DNA from: Anaerolineaceae bacterium UBA5224
GTDB lineage: Bacteria > Chloroflexota > Anaerolineae > Anaerolineales > Anaerolineaceae
Assembly: GCA_002409365.1 (NCBI GenBank)
Contig: DHUW01000090.1
Span: 32,531-79,476 of the forward strand
Length of the DNA: 46,946 nucleotides
Direction: 5' to 3'
Shown: positions 18,901-26,104 of the stretch, in pieces
Position numbering within the stretch: position 1 is the first letter of the stretch
Layout of the letters: each line of letters starts with the position of its first letter
Position numbers and translations under genes: made by a program
Notes under the pieces: generated by a model
The model's database searches: none
The model's input: the letters and a program-made list of their open reading frames with translations, nothing else
Told to the model about the DNA's origin: nothing

Positions 18901-19478
18901 TTTTGCGGATGTGGAGCAGTTTTGATGTTGCAGGAGTTCTTGATGGCTTTTGGGGTCCACGCGGAATCGCCGTGGACAAAGACAACCGCGTTTTTGTTAC
19001 CGATACAGGCAAACAACGCGTCGTCATCTTTGACAGTCAGGGGAATTACCTGACCCAATTTGGTGGTGTCGGGCTGGACGCTGGCAATCTTGATGAGCCA
19101 GTCGGCATCGACATTGCAGCGGATGGACACGTGTACATCGCCGATACCTGGAATTATCGCATACAGGTATTTGCCCCGGACGCTGGAGGATTACAGTACC
19201 AGAGTGTGACCATGTGGGATATGGATGCCTGGAGCAGCGATACCCTGGATAACAAGCCTTTCCTGGCGCTGGACCAATCTGGGAATGTTTACGTGACAGA
19301 CCCAGACCAGGGCAGGGTGATCGTCTTTACTGAAGATGGTGAGTTCCTGAAGGTTTGGGGTGGTTTTGATAATACCTACACCATGAATGTGATCAGCGGT
19401 GTCACCATTGGCACAGATGGAAGTGTATGGGTATCGGACGCGTTCAGTAATACCTTATTGAAGTTTGTGATGCCTTAG
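15981..19478 (+). CDS. GT-C fold glycosyltransferase-like membrane protein (PMT_2/TIGR03663-like) fused to an acidic linker and a C-terminal six-bladed NHL-repeat beta-propeller
   Basis: The ORF is open from 15888, but GGAG plus ATG at 15981 (MDFAIL...) is the likely start. It has many TM helices and the first-loop motif MSHDEINHV. An acidic insert follows (EEVLEEEILVETLELELLDAEETEEVE). There are six NHL-type repeats (VADSRNHRIVHLD, VADTWNHRIQVF, VTDTGKQRVVIF, IADTWNYRIQVF, VTDPDQGRVIVF, VSDAFSNTLLKF). Confidence 0.75.
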   Translation: MDFAILSASNNTHRDSWLDKPVFTWWPGLTIEKLLIVIILALTIFTRFYDLGARTMSHDEINHVVPAYNFSNYVYDPVTHGPFQFHALAFSYFMFGDSDFSARIPAATFGIAIVVFAIFAWRRYLGRVGSLIAGTLFLISPYILFYSRYTRNEVFIVFWGMVMLWLMLRYLEDGKHKWLYWLVFITAMHYSDKATSFIFSAEALVFLALLFIGEVLRKQWHNGQAKSLFRVAVMVTLVLLLATMSFYVLGKNQVVDAAAEAGPNLPLLISAGLTGIAVIFALVTLFKGYGWKNLIHLRSFDLIWLQLILILPLLTALPLRLLGFDPTDYSQAGIIRSGIVFVLLTLVSVFLGMLWNRKVFLRSMAVFWGIFILFYTTFFMHGEGFFKGIVGALGYWMSQQAVERGTQPLYYYALVQIPMYEYLPAFGVLVAFVIGLRKRLFFGSTEDPFTSLPVDEVAEETTEEIEPTVFLEEVLEEEILVETLELELLDAEETEEVEPLPWYQRLFPMVEENSEQAKELPTLLLLLFWSVMSLLAFTVAGERMPWLTTHITMPMILTSGWAFGYLVEKTDWQEVRQRKGWLTMLLAGVFLVAIGSLVGSLLGNNPPFQGKDLAQLQGTSTFLLALVGTLGTGIALFWLLRGWNGRTFGRLVLLVLVALLGVQTARTAWRAAFIEYNNARELLVYAHSTEDMKNTVTQIETISKRLYGDKSIKIAYDNDVRYPYWWYMRDYPNKLDFGSEVTKSLQDYPIIVVGTSNFARIEPVVKEDYYQYEYKRMWWPNEDLYRNWSLSRILDDLKSPAKRSALWELWFNRDYTEYAVAFNNPSLTLATWSPADNARMFIRKDVAAKIWEFGISPKPEEPKIDPYASGLINLEPELAIAVGGELPFSAPRDIATAPDGSLFVADSRNHRIVHLDASGMFLNAWGGYGNVLDGEVPGGLFNEPWGVAVGPDGLVYVADTWNHRIQVFSPDGEFLRMWSSFDVAGVLDGFWGPRGIAVDKDNRVFVTDTGKQRVVIFDSQGNYLTQFGGVGLDAGNLDEPVGIDIAADGHVYIADTWNYRIQVFAPDAGGLQYQSVTMWDMDAWSSDTLDNKPFLALDQSGNVYVTDPDQGRVIVFTEDGEFLKVWGGFDNTYTMNVISGVTIGTDGSVWVSDAFSNTLLKFVMP

Positions 19479-19497
19479 AAACCGAGAGTAAAAGGAA

Positions 19498-19529
19498 ACG
19501 GGCGGGTTTGGAACCCGCCCGTACTTTTT
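19498..19529. terminator. bidirectional rho-independent terminator between convergent genes
   Basis: GC-rich 11-bp stem acgggcgggtt/aacccgcccgt with a 3-nt loop. An A-run lies upstream and acttttt downstream. Confidence 0.85.
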
Positions 19530-19548
19530 AATGTGAGAACAGTTGGTT

Positions 19549-20298
19549 TTATTTCTTGTGTGCAGAATAGGTAATACTTAGCGCAAATTCTGGTAGATAC
19601 ACAGGCATTTCCTTGCTGATTTGGATTTCTGAAAAACCAGCGTTTTCGATTAAGGCGAGGTAATCTTCCTTAAGAATTGCATTGCCAACACATCCTATCA
19701 GTAACTCTTCGCTATCGGTCAATTCCTGGGGCAAGGGTTTCATCAATACTACATCGGAGACCATCAGCCTTCCATCTGGCTTTAGCACACGGAATGCTTC
19801 AGCAAAAACTTTTTGTTTATCTGGCGCAAGGTTAATAACACAATTGGAAATAACGACATCAACCGATTCATCTTCAACTGGCAGGGCTTCAATATCACCT
19901 TTACGGAATTCAACATTGGTGTAGCCACCAGTCATTGCATTCTCTCTTGCTTTGCTGATCATTTCATCGGTCATGTCGACACCAATCACTGTTCCCGTTT
20001 TGCCAGCTCTTCGGGATGCTAAAAAGGCGTCAAAACCTGCGCCAGAACCTAAATCCAGAACTGTTTCGCCTTCTCTGATTGATGCGATTGCCGTGGGGTT
20101 GCCACAGCCCAACCCAAGATTTGAACCTTCGGGAACCTCCCCCATTTCTTCTGGTGAATAACCTATGGAGCCCGATTGTTCCTGGTATGTTTGGGCGGTA
20201 TCGCAACCGCAACTCCCATAACAACAACTACTGGAAGTCTGGGCGATCTTGCCATAAGATTTTTGCACAACTGTTTTGATGTCGATAATTTTTGTCAT
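19549..20298 (-). CDS. arsM: arsenite methyltransferase-type SAM-dependent methyltransferase
   Basis: Motifs [18 protein letters not shown] (SAM motif I), VISNCVINL and LIGCVGNA, plus an N-terminal Cys cluster ([12 protein letters not shown]). This is the pattern I associate with ArsM/AS3MT. Confidence 0.7.
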   Translation of the reverse strand: MTKIIDIKTVVQKSYGKIAQTSSSCCYGSCGCDTAQTYQEQSGSIGYSPEEMGEVPEGSNLGLGCGNPTAIASIREGETVLDLGSGAGFDAFLASRRAGKTGTVIGVDMTDEMISKARENAMTGGYTNVEFRKGDIEALPVEDESVDVVISNCVINLAPDKQKVFAEAFRVLKPDGRLMVSDVVLMKPLPQELTDSEELLIGCVGNAILKEDYLALIENAGFSEIQISKEMPVYLPEFALSITYSAHKK

Positions 20299-20441
20299 CC
20301 TTTAATTTTAACCGATTCGCAAAATATTGTAATATTGAGTGGAAAAATAGCGGAACGGGACAAGTCCTGTTCCCTTCAGAATTTGCGAAGGATCATGGTA
20401 AAAAAATTACTTCACCAGGATATTGGCTTTGTTATTTTCGA

Positions 20442-20473
20442 AAAAAGGGCAGGTTAGAAAACCGGCCCTTTTT
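20442..20473. terminator. rho-independent terminator downstream of the FGGY kinase gene (bidirectional geometry)
   Basis: aaaaagggc-a-ggtt agaa aacc-g-gcccttttt. The stem is flanked by an A-run and a T-run and lies 24 nt below the stop at 20497. Confidence 0.75.
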
Positions 20474-20496
20474 CGTTCATTCTGATTTGATGAAGG

Positions 20497-22008
20497 TTAA
20501 GAAAGAAGTGGCAGGAGGGGTTTGGTTCGCTCATAAAGTTCGTGGTAGACCTGGTAGAGTCTTTTGTAGGTCTCTTTATCCGTTTTATCGGGTTTTAAGA
20601 CCAAGGCAGCCTCATCCCAAATTCGCGCCTGGGAAGCATTCTCATAAACGCCAACGCCAATCCCTGCCAAAATGGCATCCCCATATGATGCGCCGGAGTT
20701 ACCTTGCGGAATGCGTACATCGACCCCCGCAATATTGGCAATGATCTGCATCCATCCCTGATTTTTCGACCCTCCACCGACAGCATTGATAAATTTGACA
20801 AGGATGCCCTGGTCTGCCAGGCTTTCAAGATTATGCCGGATACCAAAACCTACTGCTTCCAGCAATGCGCGATACAGATCTGCCTGGGTGTGGCGCAGCG
20901 TCAGACCAAAGAATGCCCCCCGGGCTAATGGGTCGTTAATCGGTGTGCGTTCACCTTCAAAATAAGGCAGCGCGACCAGGTTATTCGCACCCGGGACAGA
21001 CATATTCAACAATTCTGCCATTTGGGCGTAAGGATTCTGGTCCGATGCCTCTGAGTCGGGTGTGTAGATATTTTCCAGGAACCACTTGGTCAGGCTGCCG
21101 ACTGTTGCCATACCGCCAACCACTGCATACTGATCCGGGAAGAGCCAGTTGAGCCCCCAGAAGGTGCGAGAGCGGGTATAGGTGCTGGTCAGGGTGATTA
21201 TGGAATTACTGCTGCCAAACATACCCATCGTATCGCCAGCAGCATAATTGCCGATGCTGACAGCCTCGGCAGCAGCATCGATCGTTCCAGCGATGACAGG
21301 CGTACCAGGGTACAAACCAGTGATTCGGGCAGCGTCAGGGGTAACTCCTCCAATCATGTCCGTAGTCCAGTATTTATCGGGTAATTTTGCGGTTGGGTTG
21401 ATGCCAGCAACGGTTTCATCGATCCAGGTACGCTTTTCGACATCAATGATCGGAGAGTAGGTGGAGGCAGTATAGTTGTCAATTGAAGCTACACCAGTCA
21501 GCCTGGCGACAATGAAGTTTTGGCAGGTTAAGAACCAACTTGTTTTTTGGTAGACCTCCGGCTCGTTGTTGTGCAGCCATAAAATCTTCGGCGCGACAGC
21601 TGAAGCAGAAAGCTCGCAGCCCGCCCGTCTGAATACTTCCTCCTCGCCCAATTCCTGCAGGTATTGTTCTATCTCCGCAGTTGCTCTTGTATCAATTCCA
21701 TACAATATTGCCGGTCGCAGCGGATTGAAGTGTTCATCCACCGGCAAAACGCAGGGACCAATGCCGGAGACTCCGACACCGATAATTTTTTGAGGAGTAA
21801 CCCCGGATTCCTGCAGCAGGTCCTTCACGATCTGGACAAACTCTCCCCACCAAATTTTCTCAGCATCCTGTTCCACCCAGCCCGGCTGGGGCAATGAAAC
21901 ACCATGGGGAATGGTTGACTGGGCAAGTACAGCTCCGTCTTTGGCTTCAATCAGAACGCCTTTGGAAGAGCCTGTGCCAATATCGACTCCGATCAGGTAG
22001 TTTGACAT
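20497..22008 (-). CDS. FGGY family carbohydrate kinase (xylulokinase-like)
   Basis: 503 aa. The N-terminus is YLIGVDIGTGSSKGVL and the C-domain has GGGSKNQGWMQI. The architecture is typical of FGGY kinases. Confidence 0.85.
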   Translation of the reverse strand: MSNYLIGVDIGTGSSKGVLIEAKDGAVLAQSTIPHGVSLPQPGWVEQDAEKIWWGEFVQIVKDLLQESGVTPQKIIGVGVSGIGPCVLPVDEHFNPLRPAILYGIDTRATAEIEQYLQELGEEEVFRRAGCELSASAVAPKILWLHNNEPEVYQKTSWFLTCQNFIVARLTGVASIDNYTASTYSPIIDVEKRTWIDETVAGINPTAKLPDKYWTTDMIGGVTPDAARITGLYPGTPVIAGTIDAAAEAVSIGNYAAGDTMGMFGSSNSIITLTSTYTRSRTFWGLNWLFPDQYAVVGGMATVGSLTKWFLENIYTPDSEASDQNPYAQMAELLNMSVPGANNLVALPYFEGERTPINDPLARGAFFGLTLRHTQADLYRALLEAVGFGIRHNLESLADQGILVKFINAVGGGSKNQGWMQIIANIAGVDVRIPQGNSGASYGDAILAGIGVGVYENASQARIWDEAALVLKPDKTDKETYKRLYQVYHELYERTKPLLPLLS

Positions 22009-22024
22009 TTAGTCCTCCGTAGAA

Positions 22025-22061
22025 AGAAACAGATTGCCGGCGTTGCCAACAATCTGTTTCT
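22025..22061 (-). terminator. intercistronic hairpin between nanE and the FGGY kinase gene (possible attenuator)
   Basis: 12-bp stem agaaacagattg/caatctgtttct with a 13-nt loop. On the minus strand it is followed by a pyrimidine-rich ttctttct and then the kinase RBS GGAGGA. Confidence 0.4.
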
Positions 22062-22075
22062 GTTAATCGATAACA

Positions 22076-22771
22076 TTATTTATGGATGGCTCTTACGAAC
22101 CTTTCCGTGATTTCTTTAGGTCGGGTGACCGCACCACCGACGATTACAGCTGTGGCGCCGTATTCGAGCGCTTTGGCAACTTCGTGGGGATAATGGTAGC
22201 GACCCTCGGCAAAAACTGGAACTGGAAGCTTCGAAGCTATCTCTTTGACAAGGTAAAGGTCTGGTCCATCCAGTTTGGGAGTGTAGTCTGTATAGCCAGA
22301 GAGAGTGGTCGAAACCACATCGGCGCCTGAGATCATGGCAGCTTCTGCTTCTCCGAAGGTCGAAATATCAGCCATAACCAGGCAATCGGTCTGTTCATGA
22401 ATCTTGCGAATGAGCTCCGGCACTTCATCTTCGGGATGAGGACGGAAAGTGGCATCGATCGCGATCACGTCCGCACCTGCATCAGCAATTGCCAAAGCAT
22501 GCGCGATGGTTGCGGTGATAATCACAGGGGTGCCAGGGAAGACTACTTTATAAAGACCGATGATAGGCACGTCGACCGCTTCTCTGATGGCTTTCACATC
22601 CACAGGAGTGTTGGCGCGGATACCTTTTGCGCCGCCCCTGATGGCTGAAATGGCCATTTTTGCCATGATGTCCGCTCCAAACAAGGCTTCTTGTTGTGTT
22701 GCCTGGCAGGAAACGATCAATTCACCTTTTACTTTGGAAATGAACTTAGATAATTTTTCTGTTCTACTCAT
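22076..22771 (-). CDS. nanE: N-acylglucosamine-6-phosphate 2-epimerase (NanE family)
   Basis: 231 aa. LIVSCQATQQEALFGADIMAKMAISAIRGGAKGIRANTPVDVKAIREAVDVPIIGLYK closely follows the NanE N-terminal signature. Confidence 0.8.
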   Translation of the reverse strand: MSRTEKLSKFISKVKGELIVSCQATQQEALFGADIMAKMAISAIRGGAKGIRANTPVDVKAIREAVDVPIIGLYKVVFPGTPVIITATIAHALAIADAGADVIAIDATFRPHPEDEVPELIRKIHEQTDCLVMADISTFGEAEAAMISGADVVSTTLSGYTDYTPKLDGPDLYLVKEIASKLPVPVFAEGRYHYPHEVAKALEYGATAVIVGGAVTRPKEITERFVRAIHK

Positions 22772-22786
22772 AGAAATTTCGCTGTT

Positions 22787-23758
22787 CTACTTAATTTTTA
22801 CCGGAGCGTCTTTTTCGATCGAATCAATGGCAGCCAGAACCATTTTCAACGCTATGATGCCATCTTCTCCTGTAGCCGGGACGGGTTTATCGTCAAGAAC
22901 ACAATCGATGAAGGCTTTATCTTCCACATCCAAACCAGGAGCTGTGGAGGGGAATTTGGAACCAAATTCCGAGTACATTAAGAGACCCTGGCTGGCAAGG
23001 TCGATATCGAGGGAGCCTTTATCGCCAATGACGGTGAGTTTGAAGTCACGACCACCTGGATGGGCTGTAGTCAGATTCCAACCGATCTGGGCACAGACGA
23101 GGGTGCCGTCTTTAAACTTGAAAGTGTTAAAGGTTTCATTTTCCTGCGGGTAGCGCTTGGCCACACTGGTGGACTCGGCGGTATAAACCTGGTCAGGTTC
23201 TACTCCCAGCAGCCAATGTAGGAGATCGAAGTCGTGAATGCCAAGGAAGTGGAGCACACCAATGCGTCCGCCGAGGCGATCCGCCTGGGTAATAATGTTC
23301 ATACGGCGGGAGTAGACGCTGATGATTTTTCCTAATTTTCCGCTCTGAATGAGCTCGCGTGCCTGGACATAGTGTGGAACAAAGCGCAGTGTGAAACCGA
23401 CCATCAGTTTCACATTTGCCGCTTTTGCTGCGGCGATCATCTCTTCGCCGTCTGCAACGGTAGTTGCGATAGGTTTTTCAACAAGGATGTGTTTTCCAGC
23501 CTGGGCTGCTTCGATACAGATATCCTTGTGCAGATGATCGGGGGTTGCCACGATCACTGCTTCAAGCTCCGGGTGAGCTAACAGTTGACGATAATCGGTA
23601 AAACCGGCAATATCTGTTCCGGCGATGGCTTTGTTGACCAGATCCTGGTTCAGATCCGAAACCCCCACAATATTTGCTTCACGGAGATTTTTGAGCATGC
23701 TCACATGTTTGGCTCCGATGGCGCCCAATCCAATAACACCAATTCCTAAAGATTTCAT
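22787..23758 (-). CDS. Gfo/Idh/MocA family NAD(P)-dependent oxidoreductase
   Basis: Rossmann motif IGVIGLGAIGAKH, plus the EKP motif (HILVEKPIA). Confidence 0.85.
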   Translation of the reverse strand: MKSLGIGVIGLGAIGAKHVSMLKNLREANIVGVSDLNQDLVNKAIAGTDIAGFTDYRQLLAHPELEAVIVATPDHLHKDICIEAAQAGKHILVEKPIATTVADGEEMIAAAKAANVKLMVGFTLRFVPHYVQARELIQSGKLGKIISVYSRRMNIITQADRLGGRIGVLHFLGIHDFDLLHWLLGVEPDQVYTAESTSVAKRYPQENETFNTFKFKDGTLVCAQIGWNLTTAHPGGRDFKLTVIGDKGSLDIDLASQGLLMYSEFGSKFPSTAPGLDVEDKAFIDCVLDDKPVPATGEDGIIALKMVLAAIDSIEKDAPVKIK

Positions 23759-23774
23759 TGTACTTCCTCCAATA

Positions 23775-24401
23775 TTAAGAAATTCGATTTAAAGTAAGAA
23801 TCTTCCAGGTTCCTTGTTGTTTTTCAAGGATACTGTAAGACGCATTATCAAGTAGAAAATTTGTAACAACATCAGTTTCTATGCCCATGAGAACTCCAAT
23901 CATGGAGCGAATAAAGTCGCCATGCGAAGTAATAAGAACGCTTTTACCCTCAGATTGACTGAGAATGTCGGTCAGAACTACCCCGGCGCGTTCACGCACC
24001 TGTTGGAAAGTTTCTCCTCCAGGAGGATTGAACGTTGATGCAGTAAGTCCTTGTTCAGCAATCATGCGCTTAAAATCGGGGGCGGGCATTCCATCCCACT
24101 CACCAACATTCCATTCCTGCAAGCGCGGGTCAACTTGTACTTCGAGACCGTGTTCCTTGGCAATAGCAGCTGCCGTTGTCAGGGCGCGTCTCTTGTTGCT
24201 TGAATAAATTTTTCCAATATAGAATGGACGCAGATGTTCGGCAATGCGGGCAGCTTGGGCAAGCCCCGATTCGTTTAATGCACCATCCGATTGCCCTTGA
24301 AGGTAATGCTTGGCATTCGCCTCTGTCTGGGCATGGCGAACAAGTATGAGTCTGGTTACTCCTTCATCAGGCGCGCTCAAAAATGGATTATCTGGAATCA
24401 T
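23775..24401 (-). CDS. histidine phosphatase family protein (phosphoglycerate mutase-like)
   Basis: Catalytic motif RLILVRHAQTEAN and later ITSHGDFIR. The ORF is open to 24425, but ATG 24401 sits 1 nt after the upstream stop, which suggests coupling. Confidence 0.8.
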   Translation of the reverse strand: MIPDNPFLSAPDEGVTRLILVRHAQTEANAKHYLQGQSDGALNESGLAQAARIAEHLRPFYIGKIYSSNKRRALTTAAAIAKEHGLEVQVDPRLQEWNVGEWDGMPAPDFKRMIAEQGLTASTFNPPGGETFQQVRERAGVVLTDILSQSEGKSVLITSHGDFIRSMIGVLMGIETDVVTNFLLDNASYSILEKQQGTWKILTLNRIS

Positions 24402-24402
24402 A

Positions 24403-24753
24403 TTATTCTTTGAGCTTCTCCTCAACTTGTCCGAAAAATACTGCTAATACGGTCTGAACCACGCCCGGTCTGGCACCAAACATCAACTTCTGACTGACCG
24501 CATCCAACGGGTAAGCAAGAACGTCCAATTGTGTGGTCTCGGCAGTGGGAGAGGAATATTTGATCTCAAGCTTGCTGCGATCACCCAGGATTTTACCCTG
24601 CAGTTTTTTATCCATCTGGATTTTCAGAAGCTTGCCTTCTTCGTCATGCGAAAGGACTTTTCCCCCCAATGCAACAGCAACTTTCTTGCAGACAGCTATC
24701 ACTTTCTCTGGTGGTGCTTCGTAAGTCTTTGTTAAATTCACATCATATTTCAT
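24403..24753 (-). CDS. hypothetical protein (116 aa, soluble)
   Basis: Tightly packed inside the operon (8-nt gap upstream, 1 nt downstream). I recognised no motif. Confidence 0.55.
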   Translation of the reverse strand: MKYDVNLTKTYEAPPEKVIAVCKKVAVALGGKVLSHDEEGKLLKIQMDKKLQGKILGDRSKLEIKYSSPTAETTQLDVLAYPLDAVSQKLMFGARPGVVQTVLAVFFGQVEEKLKE

Positions 24754-24761
24754 AATTACTC

Positions 24762-25685
24762 CTATTTGGTCCTGACTTGTTGGCGGACCTCTTCAACGAG
24801 ATCCCATTCGGGCATCCGGGTGCCGGATTGCATGGCAGAGGCTGTTCCGCAGGCAACGCCAAGTCTTAAGGCTTGCTCGAGGTCATAACCATGGTAAAGC
24901 GCAAAACTGAGTCCGGCCACCATAGCGTCCCCCGCACCAACCGGGTTGGCTTCCTGGATCTTAGGCGGCAGGCAAATTGCAGTATTTTTACCATCGGTCA
25001 GGAGAGCACCCTTATCTCCTGCTGAGATCGCGACAAACTTTGCACCGATTGAGCTGGCGATTACCGGGTTTTCAAGGATCTCCTGTAAATCAGTAATTTC
25101 TCTGCCAGTCAACTGGGAGAGTTCAAACAAGTTTGGCTTAACCAGTTTTGGCTTAGCCTGCACACCTTGTTTTAACGCCTCTCCGCTTGTATCCAAAACA
25201 ACATCTCCACCCAACTCCATGATCTGTTTTGTCATTTGTTGATACACTGCACAATCAACACCCGGGGGTATGCTGCCAGCCAACACCCACAATGTGCCGG
25301 GTTTGGCATGTTTAGAAATGTATTGGTAAATGAGCTTTAATTCAGATTCAGAGACGGTTGGTCCCTTTTCATTGACCTTGATATGTTTACTGCCACCGGG
25401 GGTGACAATACTGACATTGGTGCGAGTCTCACCAGAAACAGGGATTGAGACCACGTCAATACCTTGTGCTTTCAAACCCACTTCAATGGTCTTCCCAGTC
25501 TGCCCACCCAGCAGCCCAACCGCTTTTGAAGGTTGGTTCAACTCTTTCAGCATACGCGAGACGTTGAAACCTTTGCCGCCAAAATCCAGCTGCACCTTTT
25601 CAGCGATCAAAACATCATTAAAACGGATGTCCGCAACGGTCAGCTGTTTGTCCAGGGCTGGGTTGAGAGTGACGGTGAAGATCAT
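24762..25685 (-). CDS. fruK: 1-phosphofructokinase / tagatose-6-phosphate kinase (PfkB family)
   Basis: The N-terminus MIFTVTLNPALDKQLTV and C-terminal GAGDAMVAG are typical of the FruK/LacC subgroup. Confidence 0.8.
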   Translation of the reverse strand: MIFTVTLNPALDKQLTVADIRFNDVLIAEKVQLDFGGKGFNVSRMLKELNQPSKAVGLLGGQTGKTIEVGLKAQGIDVVSIPVSGETRTNVSIVTPGGSKHIKVNEKGPTVSESELKLIYQYISKHAKPGTLWVLAGSIPPGVDCAVYQQMTKQIMELGGDVVLDTSGEALKQGVQAKPKLVKPNLFELSQLTGREITDLQEILENPVIASSIGAKFVAISAGDKGALLTDGKNTAICLPPKIQEANPVGAGDAMVAGLSFALYHGYDLEQALRLGVACGTASAMQSGTRMPEWDLVEEVRQQVRTK

Positions 25686-26104
25686 TTCTTATTCTCCGTG
25701 ATTTTTGCAGTCACTGGTTTTGGTTTGAGACCCATGGTAAAGCCTATCAGCGCTCCGGTTATGGTTGTAAAGGCGATCAGCAATCCTTTGCCTCCCCATT
25801 CCTGAACCATGGGTCTTGCCCACAACATCAGCAGGAAAAGGAAAAACATAACAAAGGATTTAAGATAAACCACCAGAATTTGTTTGAAGGAATAGCCTTT
25901 TTTCCAGATCTGGATCACCGTTACCAACAATGCTGAAAGAAGGCTCAGCAAAACCACAGAAATAAACAGCACTGTGTTCTCAGTGGGTCTGTAGAAAAAC
26001 CCGTAATAGGCGCCTAACGCTGCCCCAACCAAAACGTATTGGGCATACAGCCGATAAGCTTGCTTCTTAACTGGCTTATTGTCTTTACTCAACGATTCAC
26101 TCAT
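25682..26104 (-). CDS. hypothetical 4-TM membrane protein
   Basis: 140 aa with four hydrophobic segments. It has a 4-nt overlap with fruK and an 8-nt overlap with the dehydrogenase gene. I recognised no family. Confidence 0.55.
   Translation of the reverse strand: MSESLSKDNKPVKKQAYRLYAQYVLVGAALGAYYGFFYRPTENTVLFISVVLLSLLSALLVTVIQIWKKGYSFKQILVVYLKSFVMFFLFLLMLWARPMVQEWGGKGLLIAFTTITGALIGFTMGLKPKPVTAKITENKK

Noticed and set aside
20292-20744. 150-aa plus-strand ORF across the arsM-kinase spacer
   Set aside because: It runs through a terminator hairpin and then antisense into the FGGY kinase gene. Its Arg/Pro-rich translation looks non-coding.
22560-23153. 197-aa plus-strand ORF spanning the nanE / oxidoreductase junction
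   Set aside because: It is antisense to two strongly supported genes and crosses their intergenic gap, so it is not coding.
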